This document shows positions 1-11,955 of a stretch of DNA of 64,000 nt, in pieces. The DNA is from Octopus sinensis (lineage: Eukaryota): contig NC_043000.1 in the NCBI RefSeq assembly GCF_006345805.1, forward strand, positions 134,788,001-134,852,000, written 5' to 3'. The notes beneath the pieces were generated by a model. It saw nothing but the letters and a program-made list of their open reading frames with translations. It was not told where the DNA came from and made no database searches. The position numbers and the translations under genes are program-made. Position 1 is the first letter of the stretch. Each line of letters starts with the position of its first letter.

Positions 1-1
1 T

Positions 2-106
2 GGCGAAGGTAAAGAATACACACACTCGGCGGTTAGGGGTTTAGGGTTAGTTTTAGGGTTAGAGTTACGCCGAAAACAGGTGGTGTGCGTATTCTTTATC
101 ACCGCC
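2..106. mobile_element. Small MITE-like element with 24-bp imperfect inverted termini and internal TTAGGG-like repeats
   Basis: 2-25 ggcgaaggtaaagaatacacacac matches the reverse complement of 83-106 at 20/24. ttagggg/ttaggg units at 32-62. Confidence 0.6.
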
Positions 107-369
107 TTGTAACTTTATACATTTCTAATTAATTGGGATAAAAAGGAGGTAAAGATGCAGTTCTAACATTTGATGTCTTCACAAAGAGTTCTGTTAGTAT
201 GCTGTTCAATGTAGTTCTGCCTTCAAAGTGTTATAGAAGTCGTTGATCAAATTTACCACTGGTTTCTCCATAAGCCGTTATGATAAACCCTATCAAATGC
301 CTTTAATAATGTCGATATAAATATTATTAAAATTTTTTTTTTTGTGGTTGGAGTCAGGGGAAAGGAACT

Positions 370-1400
370 GTGCCTAACTTTGGCAGGGGTCTGGCAGTGG
401 TTGATGCTTAGCTTCAGCATTTACATGTTGGCATCTGCAGGCGAAATGTGAGCAGGAAGGGAATTTCAGAGGGTTGACACGGATATTTTGGAAAAGAAGG
501 ATAGTGGTTTGTGTGTAACCTGGGAGACGGATAGAATAGGCAATGAGAGGTAGGTGGGCTTGGATGGAAGTGGTATGCAACTAGTAAGCTCTAGGGAGCA
601 GAGGATATTGTAATAGAGGTAGAAGAGGCAGTGAGGGGACAGCGTATCTGTGGACTAGAGGCTGGAATAGTTTTGGTCACTTTTGGCTTATCAGTTGGAT
701 GACTTTCCTTTAGATATGGTCTTAAATTGATGTAAAAATGAGGATGATGATGATGGTAATCAAATGTGTATGCCAGCACCTTTTCAGATATGAATCTCAC
801 TTAAGCTCTATAGAGAGTCAGCAGCTATATGGAGCTCAAGTATTTTCTAATTCTGAAAAGAAACAGTAGTCTTTGAGACAGAATTTTTGCTGTTATAAAT
901 GTAAGACTGCCAGATAGGGTCATTAATAATTGTGAGGTGTAGCATTTGTAACAATTTGAAGAGTTTCGATTGTGTTGTGTAAAACTAGAGGGAGTGATGT
1001 ACAATATTGTTTTCTTAATGTGCTGCAATTGTGACTTTACGCTGTTGAATGGAACATGATACTCATGTCTCCTTTGGAGAATACAAAGGTAGTGTAGGCT
1101 TGATGCAGGGTGTCGGGTACATGGATGATATCTGTGTATGAAAGATTAAGGAGGTATGTAGAGTGATGGCATATGGGGCGGGTGAATGAGGTTGATGGCA
1201 AAAAGGGCTTTAATGTACAAGAGGGAAAAAATGGATGATATAACTGAGCCATCAGGCATGACAGTTGATGGAATGAGTCTAGGAGAACATCATCAAGGCA
1301 TAATTGTAATGGTGTGATCTGACTGAAAGCTTCTGAAACAAGAGACGGACATAGATCATTAGAGAAATTTTTGTACTTGACGCAATCAAATGTCTTTGAT
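370..1400 (-). mobile_element. Degenerate LINE (CR1/L2/Jockey-like) RT C-terminal and 3' region
   Basis: Minus-strand frames give broken HCLFYLYYNILCSLELTSCIP and STL*NSLPAHISP...MLKLSINH, similar to post-RT motifs LFY.YY..CS.EL and LWNSLP. Many stops. Confidence 0.6.
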
Positions 1401-1874
1401 GTTAATCATAACGACATTGTGTCGTCAAATTTCTTAAGAGATAGTAGGATAGGTCGAATTTCTTAAAGGGATAGTAGGATAGGTCTGTAGTGGATCTGGT
1501 TCCAAGGAAGTTGTACTGAGCTCTCTTAAATGATGAGTGAGGATAAGATTGAAGTTGTGGTTCATATTAAAATCAAGATTTGTGTTGTTGGAACACTTAA
1601 GAGAGAAAGGACATGTTAATATTAGCAATCTCTTAGTAGTGTAATAATTTGGTGTTAGCTTTTGAGAGAAATAGCACTGCTATGAACATCGGGCAAGATT
1701 GTAAATTTACTAAAAGAGTATATGGTTGTTTTTGAAAATTGCTATAATGGGATAGGTCTGGATCTGCAAGGTTTGAAGAGGACTTTATTTCTTTTGTTGT
1801 GTAGTTCTTGGTCAGCTCTAATCAAACACTCCTATCTCATGGATATAGTCAGTTGAACAACTATTATTCTAGAT

Positions 1875-2193
1875 CAGGGCTGGCCAACCTGAGGCCTGTG
1901 GGCTGCATGTGGCCCACAGACTTTCATCTTGTGGCCCACTTGATACTTTCTTGAAATGGGTTTATTTTAAAAATTTTATCAAAAATTAAAAATTGTAATG
2001 AAAAATAAAAAAGAAAAGTACTACTGTTTTTGCAACGATAATATTTCATGTTGAATCAACAGTCATTCATTCATTATTGTAATAATAGCATGAGAAAGCA
2101 AACTGCTTTCAATTCTGTTAGTATATAAGCGGCCCTCAAAAAACTTTCTGTGATTGAAGTGACCCACAATGTAATTCGAGTTGGGTAGGCCTG
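1875..2193. mobile_element. hAT (Charlie-like) MITE
   Basis: Termini cagggctggccaac and gttgggtaggcctg. 8-bp TSD TTCTAGAT at 1867-1874 and 2194-2201 fits the NTCTAGAN preference. Confidence 0.85.
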
Positions 2194-2206
2194 TTCTAGA
2201 TATACC

Positions 2207-2438
2207 CATTTCTTTACTACCCACAAGGGGCTAAACACAGAAGGGACAAACAAGGACAGACAAATGGATTAAGCCAATTACATCGACCCCAGTGTGTAAC
2301 TGGTACTTAATTTATTGACTCCGAAAGGATGAAAGGGAAAGTCAACCTTGGCAGAATTTGAACTCAGAATGTAACGGCAGACAAGATACTGCTAAGTATT
2401 TCGCCCGGCATGCTAACATTTCTGCCAGCTCACTGCCT
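2207..2438 (-). mobile_element. SINE family B (gagctggcagaa...ccccttgtgggtagtaaagaaa)
   Basis: Reverse complement of copies at 7511 and 54208. Flanked by a 13-bp direct repeat ttctagatatacc. Confidence 0.85.
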
Positions 2439-3699
2439 TTCTAGATATACCATCACATAGCTGATGGCCATATGGCAGTGGTAAATCATAAGGGATTCAT
2501 GCAATAATACAGTCTGAATATAATATAATACTCTGTTCACTGTAGATTCTGGTGATGACAGGCAGGGTGGACTCGGTCACATCATAATGGTTACTGTTTG
2601 TCCACTTAATATTTGTATTGTGCATCTCAGCATAATGCTTGGAGTTAATGAGGTTATTTTGCTACAGTGATTTCTGTATGTGCTTTTTTATGTCCGTCTG
2701 GGGCTGAGTGAAAGAGATAGTGTTTTTAAGATGATGATGTAGTAGTGTTCCATAATGTCATTGGTCAGTCCTTTGTCTCAAGGATGTAAGATCTGGCTTC
2801 CGTTGCCTGTAATTGGTCACTGAGATAATGTTACTTGTTTTCTTTCTTTTTTTTTATATAAATAGAAAGTAGTAAATAAATCAGTGTTGGCTTATGTGTC
2901 ACTGTGTGTAAAAGCTGAAATGTGGGTGTATGTATGTCTGTGTATATGAGAAAGAAAGTGCTTGAATACTTAATTTTTGCTAGCTACAGCTTCACGTACT
3001 TTCATTATCAGTCAACAGGATATGGTTCCAACCAAGAACTAAAATTGCTGATTGTTTTTTTTTTTTCAAAGAAGTTATTCCTATAGCCTTTCATGTCCAA
3101 GTAGAACAGTAACTATGTCAGTCTCATCACTCTTAGAGAAACAGCAAAGGCCATAGGCACAGCCTGTCTTCTAGACCAAATTGTTCCTTCTCCAGCTGGC
3201 GAAATTTTTTTTCCCACGAGAGTTCCGGATCCCAGTTATGAACTCATTTGCATACAACCAATCAAAGCTCAACTATCAAACTAATTTATGAGCACATAAC
3301 AAGTGATGGGCAATAAGATAAGGTCACTTGGGTAAGGAATGACCATGCTTCTCTTCTCTTTTAATAATGCTTGTTGTTCTTGTTCTTGTTTCAACCATGG
3401 CTGTCTCTGCATAGTTATTTGTGTTGTTGTTTACTTTGTATAACAGTAAGGGGAGAGGGTTGCTAGCACATCACCCTCTACCCACATTTTTTCCCATCCA
3501 CATCTTTACCATACGTGGCCCTAACAAAATCCAATAATAAGTATAGATGCAAATCTATCTAATTACTAGTTTCCTTCTAAAATCAGGCATAACCTTGACA
3601 ACAAGCTCTGATTGGCTGACCTTCGTAGAGTTTGAGTAACGCAAGAAAGTAGCAGAACAAATACTGCAAGGCATTTTCTGCAGTACTCATAATTCTCTA

Positions 3700-4101
3700 C
3701 TACTACTACTACTACTACTGCTGCTGTTGCTGTTGAGCGAACGGTCTTCGTCCAAGAGCTCACAAGATGGGAGAAGTCCGAAACGTGGTCCTTTGCTATT
3801 CGTAAGACCCGCAGAAGAGAAAGCAGGTCAACCTCCGGCACCGAGAGCATCAACGGATGGATGAATGCGCATCCAGGCTCAGCGGTTGTGTAGGAAGTCG
3901 GGGACAAGAAACAGGAAGAAAGAGTGAGAGAAAGTTGGAGCGAAAGAGTACAACGGGGGTCGCCACCACCCCCTGCTGGAGCCTCGTGGAGCTTTAGGTG
4001 TTTTCACTCAATAGACACACACAACGTCCAGTCTGGGAATCGAAACCGCGATCCTCTGACTGCGAGTCCGCTGCCCTAACCACTGGGCCATTGCGCCTCC
4101 A
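3700..4101 (-). mobile_element. tRNA-head SINE with simple-repeat tail
   Basis: Minus strand begins tggaggcgcaatggcccagtggttaggg (A-box-like), has ggtttcgattcc (B-box-like), and ends in (agc)n/(agt)n. Related to 48010-48390. Confidence 0.7.
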
Positions 4102-5250
4102 CTGCTGCTACGGCTGCTGGCACAATTCTAACAATTTTTGAGGTGAGTGGTGTTAGTCAACTGGAGTAATTGTATTTTATTTTATGGACCCCTGGGGTTT
4201 GAAAGTCCAAGTTGTCTTTGGTGGGATTGAATTATAATTATTTAGTTTTAAGTGCAATCTAGAAAATTTGTTATGTTGATATGTAATTAATGGCATGGTG
4301 TTAGACTTGATCCATCATCCAGTTTAACACTACCGTTTTTAATTCCTTTCATGAAGTCTGTTCTGGTAAGTGAAGTTCTGAGGAAAACTCAATATCTTGA
4401 TGCTCAACTTCCTACTGCAGTAACCCACATTTCATACTTTTTCCCTCCAGTCTCAGAGACTGTAATAAAGATCATGAAATTGACCCTTTTTTTTTCTAAG
4501 TCATAAATAAATTGTGGGAGAATATATTCACAGGAACTCATTGTGCTCTATACCATGTGACCGCTAGACAACGATACATGTGACCACAAGACAAAGTGTA
4601 TTTATTGACTGATAATATTTCATTACTGCTTCACATCTGTTCTACATTCGTTTTTTAAAATGCATTTTCCCACAGATTTTTGTTGAAGCAATTGTTTTTA
4701 CAATTTTATAGCCTCCCACTGCTCACCATCCAAAAGTGATGTAGGGGTGGAACTTTTTTTTTGTTAGATAAGCAAACTAGAGCAACTAGTTATATATCTT
4801 GCTCACGGGTACAATGTACCATAGTATAAGAGAAACCCAACTTCTGGTGAAGATGGTCAGTAGGCCAATGTTGAAACTTCACAATTATTAGTTACAGTTA
4901 TTAACTGATATCAGAGTTTGTTGCTGCTTTTGCTGTTGTAGTTGTTATTGGATATGTGCAATGATGATTATATTTACTATAGGTCCATGGAATGAAAAAC
5001 AAAACTATGTAACTTCAGGGTTTGGAGAGAATGATAAAAATACGGTTTGGATGTAGGGGGAGAGATCAGAATGTGTTTCATATAAGGGGCCAGACAGCAG
5101 GTTCCAGAGATGCTCAGCCGGTAGTTTTGGATATCACTGGTAAAAACAGGACTGAATGTAGACAATCTGAGTTTCAGTGCCCTTATGACTATGGTTTTCA
5201 AAAATTTTCTCAAGGTGTAAAATCTGTATATATTAAATATAGGACTAAAG

Positions 5251-5620
5251 TCATCATCATTGTTTAATATCCGTTTTCCATGCTGGCATGGGTTGGACGG
5301 TTTGAATGGGGACTGGTAAGCCAGGAGGCCGCTCCAATCTGATCTGGCAGTGTTTCTACAGCTGGATGCTCTTCCTAATGCCAACCACTCCGAGAGTGTA
5401 GTGGGTGCTTTTTATGTGCCACCTGACTGGCTCCCATGTTGACCATGTTTGGATGGTGCTTTTTATGTGCCACCAGCACAGGGAGCCAGTCAGGCGGCAC
5501 CGGCTATGACCCACGCATGCATGGTGCTTATTGTGTGCCACCAGCATGGGAGCCAGTCAAGCGGCACTGGCATCAACCACAACTACAATTTTCATTTGAT
5601 TGTAATTTGATTTGAATTTT
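5251..5620 (-). mobile_element. (GAT)n-tailed retroposon family C
   Basis: catcat tail plus the shared core tctgatctggcagtgtttctacagctggatg and subrepeats ggtgctttttatgtgccacc. Confidence 0.8.
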
Positions 5621-6283
5621 GATTTTGATTTTACTTGATTCAATAGGTCTCCTCAAGCACAGAATGTCACCCAACAATTCAAAGGTACTTTTTCAATGGT
5701 CTGGTTATGCGACACTGGTGTAGGTTACAGCTGTGACCTCACTTTACTTGCTGGGTCTTCTCAATCTCAGCATATCTCCGGTGTTTGTTTATTTTTATTT
5801 TTCTCTTATATTTCAAAGAATTCGATCACTTTAGATCTTTGTAACACCCTAGATGACTGCCTGGGCTGCCAGTACTTTCAGCTAGTTCTGGATAAAAACA
5901 AGTTTGTTATTTCAAATATTTCATGGTAAAGAATATTTGGGCTTTGTAAAGATGTGCAGTTGCTCAAGAATGAAGTAGTTATTCTTGACAAAATACCATG
6001 ATTCCTATTTAGTTAGATTTAGAATAGGACTTTCAAGAAAGATTGTTGGTGAGCCTTAGTAAATAAAATAATTTTTTTTTCAAGTCAAGAGTTGTTTTTG
6101 AAAGTATTGTGCATAGATGTCCTCCTTTCTAGAAATAAACTATATTTGCTTGAAATAAAGAAAGACTAACCATTGATGCTGTAGGGCAAGATTAAAAATT
6201 TCTCATAAGATATTAGCAATTTGTCAACTACACACTGTAGTCTACTGTTCTACTATTAAGTCACTGTATGTATTTTAAAAGTG

Positions 6284-6450
6284 GAGGCACATGGCTTAGT
6301 GGTTAGGGTGTCAGCATCATGATCGTAAGATTGTGGTTTTGATTCCTGGACTGGGCAACGCGTTGTGTTCTTGAGCAAAACACTTCATTTCACGTTGCTC
6401 CAGTCCACTTAGCTGGCAAAAATGAGTAACGCTGCGATGGACTGGTGTCT
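6284..6450 (+). mobile_element. tRNA-head SINE family D, partial
   Basis: ggcacatggcttagtggttaggg head and gtgttcttgagcaaaacacttcatttcacgttgctccagtcc body, recurring at 19849, 36445 and 49415. Confidence 0.75.
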
Positions 6451-7510
6451 GACAATTCTATGATGAGATGTAGCCTTAGAGCTTAGTCTCAGCAATTTGA
6501 TTGTGAAAGTGATGTAGGTATTTGTCTTAGTAAATGTGGAAGTCCAACCAGATGGTGGAAGTATTATCTTGAAAGTAACGTTTTGTGGGTATGTCAGAAA
6601 TATAGGGATGATGTGGGTATGTCAGAAACATAGGGATGATGTCTTGTTATTTAATAGGTGTGTTATAACAGATGGTTATTTGATGAGTCAGAAGAAGCAT
6701 AACAACTAACCAAATATCTAGATGCTAGCGTTATTGACTTTCAGAGTACCACCAGGCATTGACATTGGAAAAGTTGGTGGTTTACAACACTGAGATCATA
6801 CTCTCACATACAAGAGTAGAATTCTCTGTTGATATGGCAGTGATAATGGTAATATCATATTACTATTTGAAATTTTAGGTCTTCTGTTTTGTCTCCCTGC
6901 ACACTATGGCCAGACAGATATGTAACAATTACTGAGTAATAACAAGTATGAATCACTTCTGATTAACCACTTTGTGTATCTCTATCCAGAGTAGAATGTT
7001 CATATAAAGATTTATCAAAAGTTCATTGACTGTTCTTACTGGATAGATCTATGGTCAAAGGTATAGCAGCTGTAGCCACCCCATCTTTTTGTATATCAGG
7101 TATTAAGATTGTCTAATGCAGTGCCCCACAACCAATATGTCGCTGCACATTAGTGTACTGTTCAAGAATTTGGAGCTGGAGATCTCCATTTCCAGCGACT
7201 TCGAGGGCCACCTCCCAGTGGTGTAGGGCGTCAACGAAGAGCTTTTGACTACAACAAGACGACCAAAGTTTTTTTTTTTTCCCAAGGTCTGGCGTCTCCC
7301 GCCCCTAAGCCCTAGACCATCACCTAATCACCCTTACCCGTCTTGTTGCTTAACAACAACAACAACAGCACATTAGTGTGCATCAAGATGATGTTAGTAT
7401 GCTGCAGTGTTACCTGAACACAATTTTTTCCCCCATTCCTTGTTATATTTTTAGTTCAGGTGTGCCGCCGAATTTTGAAAAGAATATAAATGTACCACAA
7501 GTGAAAAAAA

Positions 7511-7750
7511 AGGCGGCGAGCTGGCAGAAACGTTAGCACACCGGGCGAAATATTTAGCGGTATTTCGTCTGTCTTTACATTCTGAGTTCAAATTCCGCCA
7601 AGGTTGACTTTGCCTTTCATCCTTTCGGGGTGGATAAAATAAGTATCAGTTACGCACTGGGGTCGATGTAATCGACTTAATCTATTTGTCTGTCCTTGTT
7701 TGTCCCCTCTGTGTTTATCCCCTTGTGGGCAATAAAGAAATAAGAAATAA
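7511..7750 (+). mobile_element. SINE family B
   Basis: aaggcggcgagctggcagaaacgttagc through ccccttgtgggcaataaagaaa. Confidence 0.85.
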
Positions 7751-8687
7751 GTGAAAAAAAGGTTGTGGAGCACTGGTCTAATATAACCTTCCCTTTTTTT
7801 TGATGAAGGTAGGGTGTTATTTGAGAGAGATTTGGCTGCTATTTCTAGCAAATTAAGTGATCACTTAGGGCTCCCTTGGCTCAGTAAAACTGTTTTATAT
7901 CTTTATCTATCTGTTTCTTCACACATACACACACACACATATAAAAATTGTGTACGTTGTCAAGGTTTAAAGTGACATGTTATGTAAGTTCCAGTAGTGT
8001 TTTGAAATTTTGCCAATGCTTTTAATCCTATTGGTTTATCTCTTATAAGCCTTCAAGTTCAGATCCATAAAGAGCAGAATAACCACCACAAGTGTTGAAA
8101 TTTGTTTTGTCTAAATAAAGAAAAAATAAAGGATATTAATAAAAACAATAACAAAACAAAAAAGGATCTGTTTTAGTGAGGAAACTATGAAATTAGAATA
8201 AATTTTATCTAAGCAGTTGTTTCCTCTTTCTCTCCTTTTCTGTCTGTCTGTCTGTCTGTCTTTGTTTGAAAGCAGGTAGTGTTTGTTGACTTGTATAACT
8301 CTACACAAGTACAGAAATATGTTTGACATGATGTAAATGATGATGATGATGATGATGATGATGGTGGGTTTTCTTCATCTTTGTGACAGCCATATGAAGC
8401 TGTCAGAGCCGATGTCATTCTTTGAGTGTTGCTGTCTTATAATCTCTGTTAATATTTTGTTTCATATTTGGAAATGTTTTTCTTACTAATTCTTTCTTCC
8501 CTCTGTGACTGTTTCTTAAATTATTTAAAGACCAGAGAATGTAGGAACTTCCTGTTTTCATTATTTGTGTGTGTGTGTCTGTGTGTGTGTATAAAACTGT
8601 GTATACATGTAATGCTCCAAATAGGATTTTTAGTACATTTTTTAATAGTTGACTGTCAAGATTTTCCAGCCTTCAGTTTAGGAATAT

Positions 8688-9070
8688 ATAGGTGCAGGAG
8701 TGGCTGTGTGGTAAGTAGCTTGCTTACCAACCACATGGTTCTGGGTTCAATCCCACTGCGTGGCACCTTGGGCAAGTGTCTTCTACTATAGCTTCGGGCC
8801 AACCAAAGCCTTGTGAGTGGATTTGGTAGACAGAAACTGAAAGAAGCCCGTCATATATATGTATATATATATATGTGTGTGTGTTATTGTTGTCTGTGTT
8901 TGTCCCCCAACATCGCTTGACAACTGAAGGTGATGTGTTTACGTCCCTGTAACTTAGCAGTTCGGCAAAGGAGACTGATAGAATAAGTACTAGGCTTACA
9001 AAGAATAAGTCCTGGGGTCAATTTGCTCGACTAAAGGCGGTGCTCCAGCATGGCCACAGTCAAATGACTG
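8688..9070 (+). mobile_element. tRNA-derived SINE family A, 3' end interrupted
   Basis: Head ataggtgcaggagtggctgtgtgg (A box) and ggttcaatccc (B box), internal (TA)n, conserved 3' half. Confidence 0.9.
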
Positions 9071-9257
9071 TGACCGCATGTGTACCGTTGGTGATTTTTT
9101 TCCTCTGTCTTCTCTTCTCTGGATCTTTCCTTCTCCTATGTTTCCGACGAAGAGCTCCGCTCGAAACATTAAACCCTCCTTCTTTCCTTAGCGTCCAATA
9201 ATACTATATTTGTTCCACGTCCTCGTGTTGTGTTTCTTTGTGCTTTCTTGTTTGGAT

Positions 9258-9311
<54 letters not shown>

Positions 9312-9312
9312 T
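9071..9312 (+). mobile_element. Probable Penelope-like element terminal fragment ending in (TA)n
   Basis: Replaces the SINE tail, carries ccgacgaagagctccgctcgaaac and runs into about 50 bp of (TA)n. Family assignment is inference. Confidence 0.5.
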
Positions 9313-9649
9313 AAATAAGATATTTTATATGTAACTCAACATAAACATGTACTCTATTATAAAGTATTGAATAATTCTTCAAAGTAATGAAAATATTGTA
9401 TTTTATATTATATTATAGCTTGACATAAAAATAAACAAATCTATCCATCCATTCATCTTGTACTGTTCAAAGTGCGCAAAATTGCTGTATATTTTAAGCA
9501 TAATAGTTAAAACTTGTAGATGATCAACATGAATTGAATAGAAAAACAGCTCCTACTTTATTTCAAGACACAACCAATACTTTGGTTTCATATGTGTTTA
9601 GCAAACTTTCAAGACTTTTTAAATGTGTAGCATTATATTATAATAATAA

Positions 9650-10130
9650 TCATCATCATCATCATTTAGCATCCGCTTTCCATGCTAGCATGGGTTGGAC
9701 GGTTCAATTGGGGTCTGGGAAGCCAGAAGGCTGCACCAGGCCCAGTCTGATCTGGCAGTGTTTCTACGCCTGGATGCCCTTCCTAACGCCAACCACTCCG
9801 TGAGTGTAGTGGGTGCTTTTTATGTGCCACCCGCACAGGTGCCAGACGAGGCTGGCAAACGGCCACGGACGGACGGTGCTTTTTACGTGCCACCGGCACG
9901 GAGGCCAGTTGGGGCGGCGCTGGCAACGGCCACGGTTGGGTGGTGCTTTTTACGTGCTACTGGCACGAGAGCCAGGCGAGGCTGGCAACGGCTACGATCG
10001 GATGGTGCTTTTTACGTGCCGCCGGCACGGAGGCCAGTGGGGGCGGCGCTGGCAACGGCCACGATCGGATGGTTCGCTTATGTGTCACTGGCACTGGTAT
10101 CACAGCTGTAATTTCCATTGATGTTGATCA
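9650..10130 (-). mobile_element. Retroposon family C with internal tandem subrepeats
   Basis: (cat)n tail, core, and four ggtgctttttacgtgcc...ggcaacggccacg units. Explains three overlapping spurious ORFs. Confidence 0.85.
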
Positions 10131-11014
10131 ACTTCGATTTTGGTTCTGATTTCTGATATCTAAAATAATCCAGCATGTCTTAAGCAGTGTTTGATACATA
10201 AAATATATACTGATGTTAAGTATATACTGATCATAAGATCTGACATAGTATTGTTATTGTGTATAGATTTTTGGAAAGCTACGTAAAATATCAGTTAATG
10301 GAATTCATCTCAAGGAACAACTCCATAGCTTATGAGAGCATTTACGTGTTTTGTATAATAGGAGTTAAAAATTGAACTGATCAAAAAATAAACTTTGGTT
10401 CTTTAGTATTATTGTATGTCATATTATGTAAATGTTATGTAGGTAGGTAAAACCCTCCATTACATTTGACAGTTTCTTTTTCAAACAACTGATGTTGTTG
10501 TGTATAGCCTTTCTTTTCCTAGCATTGTTTGTATTATAAATTGTGATAGTTACAGGTGTTTTTTGTTTAACAAAATGAGGAATAAAGTTCATGACCTTTT
10601 CAGACACTTTGACATTTGTCAGAATGATGTCATTGATGTTTAGGTTAAAAAGTTATAGGTGGGTCAGGAATTCCTGCAGGTTACACTTCTGAGTAGAAAG
10701 GATTCAGTGAAAGTGCAAAATCTAAGAAGTGAGATCCAGTGAAGGGAGAGGAGAAGTGGGCTTGTGTGGAGAGGGTATTAAGGTAGCTAGATCACAGGGT
10801 CAAAAGTCATAACATGTATGTGACCTGATGATTAAATCTTTGTCAATGAGTTGAATGATCCTCTTTTACATGTGGCATACAATGTGTGTGTGTGGCAGTC
10901 ACACTGTCCTCTATATGTGACCAATAGTCTGTTGGTCTTCATTGAACTTTCTAGAGGGTTAGTAAACTGATAAGGGCTGGAGTATTATCCCTCACCTTTA
11001 ATGAAATTTTGACT

Positions 11015-11347
11015 GCAATATGGCTTCTATGCCGGTGGCACATAAAAAGCACCATCCAAACATGGCCGATGCCAGCACCGCCTCGGCTGGCTTCTGTGCC
11101 CGTGGCACATAAAAAGCACCAACTGATCGTGGCCGATGCCAGACCCCTCTGGCACCTGTGCAGGTGGCACGTAAAAAGCACCCACTACACTCGCGAAGTG
11201 GTTGGCGTTAGGAAGGGCATCCAGCTGTAGAAACACTGCCAGATCAGACTGGAGCCTGGAGCAGCCCCTGGTTCCCCAGACCCCGGTTGAACCGTCCAAC
11301 CCATGCTAGCGCGGAAAATGGACGTTAAACGATGATGATGATGATGA
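11015..11347 (+). mobile_element. Retroposon family C
   Basis: Reverse complement of the 9650 copy, ending in (gat)n. Confidence 0.85.
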
Positions 11348-11735
11348 ATATATGTGGGGGCCACCATTAGTGATCATCAGAGATAATATTACTAATACTA
11401 ATAAGAATGAGCTTATTGTAAACAGTGCTCAGATGCACTAAAATGTGCCAGAAAAGGGTGATAGAGAGGACAGGTGAAAGCAGTAAGTCGAGTAAAGAAA
11501 GACAGCAATGATAATCAAAAGTTAATGCTCAGTGCACAGAATAAAACACAAAAAGACAGAAAAACAAAGAGTAAAACAGCTATAAAACAGAAAGGGTACA
11601 TAGACACGTTAGAAATAGTGTTGGTAAATTTTGGGAAACATGGAACTTTTGAAGGGTGCAGTGTCCTGACAGTTAACAACTGGTGTGAGTAGTTTATTCT
11701 ATGCTTTGACAATTCTGAGTATTGTTCATGATTAA

Positions 11736-11955
11736 CCCTTTCATTACTGTATTTATTTTGAGATGTTCTGTGTTTCTTTCAATTACTTTAAATATAACAA
11801 AGAATTTAGTAAGACAACTTAGTTATCATTAAGCCAGTGTTAGGAACATAAATTGTGACTAAGTTTTGGTGGAAGATTTTAATTCAAAACATATGAAAAT
11901 AAGACATTTCTACTCAGAGCCAGAGCCGGTTTCAGCCGGGTTGGTAACGAAAGGG
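11736..11955 (+). mobile_element. piggyBac-like MITE family P1
   Basis: TTAA TSDs at 11732-11735 and 11956-11959. TIRs ccctttcattac and gtaacgaaaggg. Confidence 0.9.

Noticed and set aside
3246-3615. Octamer (ATTTGCAT / ATGCAAAT) and CCAAT motifs in inverted arrangement
   Set aside because: Short motifs with no adjacent snRNA or histone gene. Likely chance or repeat-derived.
4983-5250. Exon-like stretch (GPWNEKQNYVTSGFGE... / 81-aa ORF 5022-5267)
   Set aside because: Frames are broken by stops, there is no clean donor and no recognisable protein. Possibly a very old LINE fragment.
6585-6640. 28-bp tandem duplication (similar small ones at about 1428-1486 and 35093-35140)
   Set aside because: Ordinary slippage duplications with no further structure.
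9841-10070. Regularly spaced direct repeats resembling a CRISPR array
   Set aside because: The spacers are homologous to each other, the context is a eukaryotic retroposon, and there are no cas genes.
9695-10149. Overlapping 69-138 aa ORFs with repeated GAFYVPPA / VLFTCHRH motifs (also at 11009-11367, 40345-40590, 41046-41349, 45278-45793)
   Set aside because: They are translations of the tandem subrepeats of retroposon family C and recur in every copy, so they are not genes.
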